The notes under the pieces are model-generated. The model saw only the letters and a list, made by a program, of their open reading frames with translations. It was not told the DNA's origin and made no database searches. A DNA stretch of 64,000 bases, taken from positions 78,864,001 through 78,928,000 of the forward strand of contig OX597827.1 in NCBI GenBank assembly GCA_951406725.2, in the 5' to 3' direction. Of this stretch, positions 59,777-64,000 are shown piece after piece (the stretch's first letter is position 1; each line of letters opens with the position of its first letter). The translations under genes were made by a program, and so were the position numbers. The DNA comes from Octopus vulgaris. Lineage: Eukaryota.

Positions 59777-61567
59777 ATGGCAGCAGGGGTCAGAGCATCT
59801 GTGAAACTGCCACACACAGGGGAACTGGTGTTTCCTCCTGATGCCGATTCTAAGCATTTGCAATATTATCTTTCCTCGATTGCAAAACCAAGCAACACTA
59901 CCATGACTGGGCCCAGTAACAGCAATAAATTCCAGACAATTGATACCAATGATATCCTAACGGGCCAGAAGAAAGACTCGCCTGTAATGTTGACCCAGGG
60001 GAATAATGAGAACCATTCTTCAAAAATTGCCACACATCTTGGAGAAAGGTATTTTTGTGATTTTTGTGGCAAACACTTTGTTCAGAAATATATTTTAGAA
60101 ATGCATCGACGTACTCACACGGGTGAGAGGCCCTACCATTGCGACATGTGTTCAAAGCAGTTTGCTCGTAGAGACACTTTACAGATCCATAAGCGGTCTC
60201 ATTTAGGTCTGAAGCCCTTCCAGTGTGAAATCTGCCAGGAAGCCTTTGCTCAGAGACACTACTTGATTATACACCGGAGGAAACACACTGGCGAAAGACC
60301 CTTTGAATGTGATTTCTGCTTGCAAAGATTTGCTCGCAGGGACACATTACAGATTCACCAATTGAGACACAGTGGAGAGAAACCGTTTGAATGTGAAGTT
60401 TGCTTCAAGAAATTTGCGCAGAAATATTACTTACGGATCCATCGAAGACTTCATAACAAAACCGAATCTGAGGGTCAGTTGTACAAATGTAGTTTATGTT
60501 CCAGTAGCTTTGCTAACAAAGCTCACCTACAGCTCCATCAGCGAACCCACTTAGTGCCATATCTCTACAAATGCGATATTTGCCCCAAAAGTTTTACACA
60601 GAAGCAATATCTTCAGTCCCATAAAAGGGTCCATATGGCTGTTGCAAGACTTTACCAATGTGATATTTGCCAGGAACCTTTTACAAACAAGGATTACCTA
60701 AGAATCCACAAGCGTTCTCACAGTGGGGAAAAACCCTATCAGTGTGACATTTGTATCCAGAAGTTTGCACGTAAAGATACTTTGGTAATCCATCGCCGGA
60801 CACATACCGGGGAGAAACCTTTCCACTGTGATGTCTGTGGTAAGGACTTTGCTAAGCGAGATAAACTTCAAGTACACCGTGGGACACATGTACGGCAAAA
60901 GAAATATAACTGTGACGTTTGCGATAAAATGTTCACACGCCGTGATACTCTCGAGATTCATAAGCGTGTCCATACAGGAGAGAAGCCATTCCAGTGTCAG
61001 ATTTGTTTAAAGCAGTTTTCACAAAAAGACAAGCTTCAAATTCATACTCGAATTCATACAGGTGTTAAACCATTTCATTGTGATGCATGCCCGAAATCTT
61101 TTTTTCAAAGAAATGCTCTTGAGAAACACAAAAGAACCCATACAGGTGAGAAACCCTACCAGTGTGCCATGTGCCTGAAGCAGTTTGCCCATCGAGATTA
61201 TTTAAAAATACACCAGCGAATGCACACGGGGGAGAAGAGGTTTCACTGCGAAATCTGCTTGAAAAAATTTGCTCGCAAAGACACCCTGCAAGTTCATCAG
61301 AGGACCCACACGGGGGAGAAGCCGTTTCAGTGTGAAATCTGTTACAAAACATTTGCACAGCGAAATAAACTTCAGATTCACAGTCGCACTCATTCCGGAG
61401 AGAAACCCTACGCGTGTGAGGTTTGCTTGCAGAGATTCTCCCGGCAGGATTCCCTTCGACGTCACTCCAAAACGCACAAAGAAAATCAGAACAACAACAC
61501 TGCTATCTCGTTGTCGATGAAACATATTGATCACCTTCCGGCGGTCACCAAGTATTTATGTCTGTAA
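59777..61567 (+). CDS. C2H2 zinc-finger protein ZF-C (17 fingers)
   Basis: ORF 59720-61567 with first ATG at 59777 in good context (ccaATGG; MAAGVRAS). Seventeen C2H2 fingers, mostly with TGEKP-type linkers. Confidence 0.95.
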   Translation: MAAGVRASVKLPHTGELVFPPDADSKHLQYYLSSIAKPSNTTMTGPSNSNKFQTIDTNDILTGQKKDSPVMLTQGNNENHSSKIATHLGERYFCDFCGKHFVQKYILEMHRRTHTGERPYHCDMCSKQFARRDTLQIHKRSHLGLKPFQCEICQEAFAQRHYLIIHRRKHTGERPFECDFCLQRFARRDTLQIHQLRHSGEKPFECEVCFKKFAQKYYLRIHRRLHNKTESEGQLYKCSLCSSSFANKAHLQLHQRTHLVPYLYKCDICPKSFTQKQYLQSHKRVHMAVARLYQCDICQEPFTNKDYLRIHKRSHSGEKPYQCDICIQKFARKDTLVIHRRTHTGEKPFHCDVCGKDFAKRDKLQVHRGTHVRQKKYNCDVCDKMFTRRDTLEIHKRVHTGEKPFQCQICLKQFSQKDKLQIHTRIHTGVKPFHCDACPKSFFQRNALEKHKRTHTGEKPYQCAMCLKQFAHRDYLKIHQRMHTGEKRFHCEICLKKFARKDTLQVHQRTHTGEKPFQCEICYKTFAQRNKLQIHSRTHSGEKPYACEVCLQRFSRQDSLRRHSKTHKENQNNNTAISLSMKHIDHLPAVTKYLCL

Positions 61568-61878
61568 GAAACCAAATGGTCGAGTATCTAGGCAACAGAA
61601 AACTAACATGTAGATTGATTGTGTGTAATCTACTGGGATTGTAATTGGATTAACATTGCTAGATTTAACAGCATTTAGGGCAGTAATCTTCACCAGACTT
61701 TTCTTTTCCTTTGTATTTCATACCAAATGACAATCAGATCTAATTGCTTTCTAGAACTGATTAAGCTGTAAAATCATTATTTTTGAAATACTTTTCACCT
61801 CATCCAACCATTCTGGTATTTGTAGTCCACGTAATTAGCTGTTTGTAGCTTCCTTAATGTCTTTCTTTTCTTCATCTT

Positions 61879-62110
61879 TTAACCCTTTTCATACCAACCT
61901 GAAATTGCCCTTTCTATGATACAAACCCACTCCATATTAAAGGATACATATTTACCTGTTTTAATTTTGTATTAAACATTTTATGTTCCAAACACCTGCT
62001 TAATAATGATAAAGGTAACTATTTTATCAAACCATTCCATCTTGAATATTTTCCAGATGAATTGAAACATACAGGTGTACTTCATTAAAAATATGGCTAT
62101 GAAAGGGTTA
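61879..62110. mobile_element. piggyBac-like MITE in the ZF-C 3' region
   Basis: TTAAcccttttcata .. tatgaaagggTTAg inverted termini. Confidence 0.6.
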
Positions 62111-62378
62111 GAAGGGTAAAAGAACCTACCTTTGTCCTGAATATCAAGCTTAATTTAATAATGAAGATTTCATTGATCAGTCAGTTTGCTGTAGAATTGT
62201 TTTCTTGTTATACATCCGTCATTTTTAGTCGTTAGACAATCCATTTCCTTCCTGACAGTTTGGTCATGGTTTACTCGTAGTGTACACGTAGATATATTCG
62301 CTAGTAGAATCTCCTTCATCCAAATGGAGGGCTGGTCGCCTATTACTGAGGCAAGCAGATTGCTGTAGCTATCACAAG

Positions 62379-62420
<42 letters not shown>

Positions 62421-62583
62421 CAAACAACTCAAATACAAAATGGGAGTGTTGGCTACTTTCAGTATTTAGCTTAAATGGATTAAGTAGAATGAAGTGCCTT
62501 GCCTAAGGGTACATTGGAATGTCATTAGTAAGTTTTCAACTGATGACATCTGTGTCTGTTGAACATAACAAAAAAACCTTCAT

Positions 62584-62626
<43 letters not shown>

Positions 62627-63011
62627 CTGAATGAGAAACTCTGTAATATGGAATAATTACTTAGGTCTCAGCATCAGTCCTGACAGTTGTTAGATCTTCG
62701 TATTTGTCTATTTTGATCCAATAATAAGAACTAAAGAATTTCACGTGTTTCCAACTTGGTAGCGTAGAATCTCTTCTTTCTTTGGCTGTTTTCACAATCT
62801 TTTAGAACTGTGTTCCTCAGTTTATTTCCATGGTTCCACTAGTCACCAATTTATGTAGCAAAAACACTTCTTCATTGTCAATTTTTGGTTGCAAATTTAT
62901 ATAAATGTGGGGACATGAGTCAAAAGGGGAACATGTTTACTTTGTAGGGGAGGTGGGGCTCAGATCCTGGATATCTTTGAGTTGTGTCTGTATGTGTGTG
63001 TGTGTGTGTAA

Positions 63012-63049
<38 letters not shown>

Positions 63050-63071
63050 TCACATGTATGTATATTGTATA

Positions 63072-63233
63072 CCATATTTTTACGTGTATAAGGAACCCCC
63101 TAATTTTTGGGGGGCTTAAAATTTGGAAAAAGGTTTTGTAAGGGATTATGATACTATCCATGTATAAGAAATTTCCATTTTTTAAAACCTAATTTTTGAC
63201 AAAAAAAGGTTCTTTATACATGTTAAAGTACGG
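63072..63233. mobile_element. Tc1/mariner(pogo/Tc2)-like MITE
   Basis: TA|ccatatttttacgtgtataagga .. ttctttatacatgttaaagtacgg|TA. Confidence 0.6.
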
Positions 63234-63819
63234 TACATACATATGTATATGTGTGCATGTGTATATATAATTATATACATATACAGTATGTCTTGAGTCT
63301 TTTTAAAGCTAGTCAGGGCCATCTCTCTCCAGGTCTGAAGAAACTTATTTCTTGTAGAGAAAGAAAGAAAGAGGAGAAGAATTGATCCTCATACTAACTG
63401 GTATAATATTTATTGACCCTGAAAGGGTAAAAGCATAGTTGACCGTGGCAAGATTTGAACCCAGTGTACAGAGACCCAGATTGAATATCACAAAGCATTT
63501 GAGCTAAAGCTGTGTAATTACTGTCTTCTTGCCTTGTATGTATGTGTGTGTGTGTGTGTGTATGAATATATATTTGTGTGTGTTTACAAACCAGAAAAAG
63601 ATTATTCAATATATATATAGAGAGAGACATACACACAAAAAAATAAGAATTATTGTGTAACTGAAGACTGGGTTTTTGAATTACCCCCTCCAGCCCCTCT
63701 TCTAATTGTAGTGAGCTGTTGTAGGTTTCAAAGCCAGGTTGCTGGAACACAAAAGAAGACCTTACATGTGTCTTGTGTCAGCCGTACTTTTTGTTAATTC
63801 TTATAACATAATTTGAAGA

Positions 63820-64000
63820 AGTTTGCTTCCCAACCACCTGGTCCTGGGTTCAGTCCCACTGCATGGCACCTTGGGCAAGTGTCATCTACTGTTTCAACTA
63901 CAGCCTCAGGCCAACCAAAGCCTTGTGAGTGGATTTGGGAGATGGAAACTAGAAGAAGCCCATTGTGTGTGTCTTTGTGTCTGTGTCTACCGCTTGACAA
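63820..64000 (+). mobile_element. SINE family B (runs off the window end)
   Basis: gggttcagtcccactgcatggcaccttgggcaag..gcttgacaa. Confidence 0.8.

Overview
Eukaryotic, AT-rich, microsatellite- and SINE-dense DNA. It is almost certainly a coleoid cephalopod, most likely Octopus; this is inferred from the clustered single-exon C2H2 zinc-finger genes and the SINE repertoire. There are three credible protein-coding genes, all C2H2 zinc-finger factors with the whole CDS in one exon: ZF-A 6879-9065 (+, 11 fingers), ZF-B 31549-30233 (-, 3 fingers) and ZF-C 59777-61567 (+, 17 fingers). Each has candidate non-coding upstream exon(s). The rest is mostly tRNA-derived SINEs (3 families), decayed LINE ends (RTE, CR1-like, R4-like), Penelope-like element (PLE) remnants, non-autonomous Helitrons, MITEs and microsatellites. 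The most notable signal is a set of hammerhead ribozyme (HHR) motifs. (i) A 353-bp tandem dimer at 45377-46060 has a type I HHR in each unit, the architecture of a non-LTR retrozyme, and a third copy with a Penelope-style 5' inversion lies at 3910-4216. (ii) A PLE 3' end at ~58255-58885 has a tRNA-like A/B-box cassette between its ORF stop and its HHR-bearing repeat. (iii) Further HHR-bearing PLE ends occur, including a Naiad-type relic. All calls are by eye. No database search, alignment or folding was run, and repeat boundaries are approximate.
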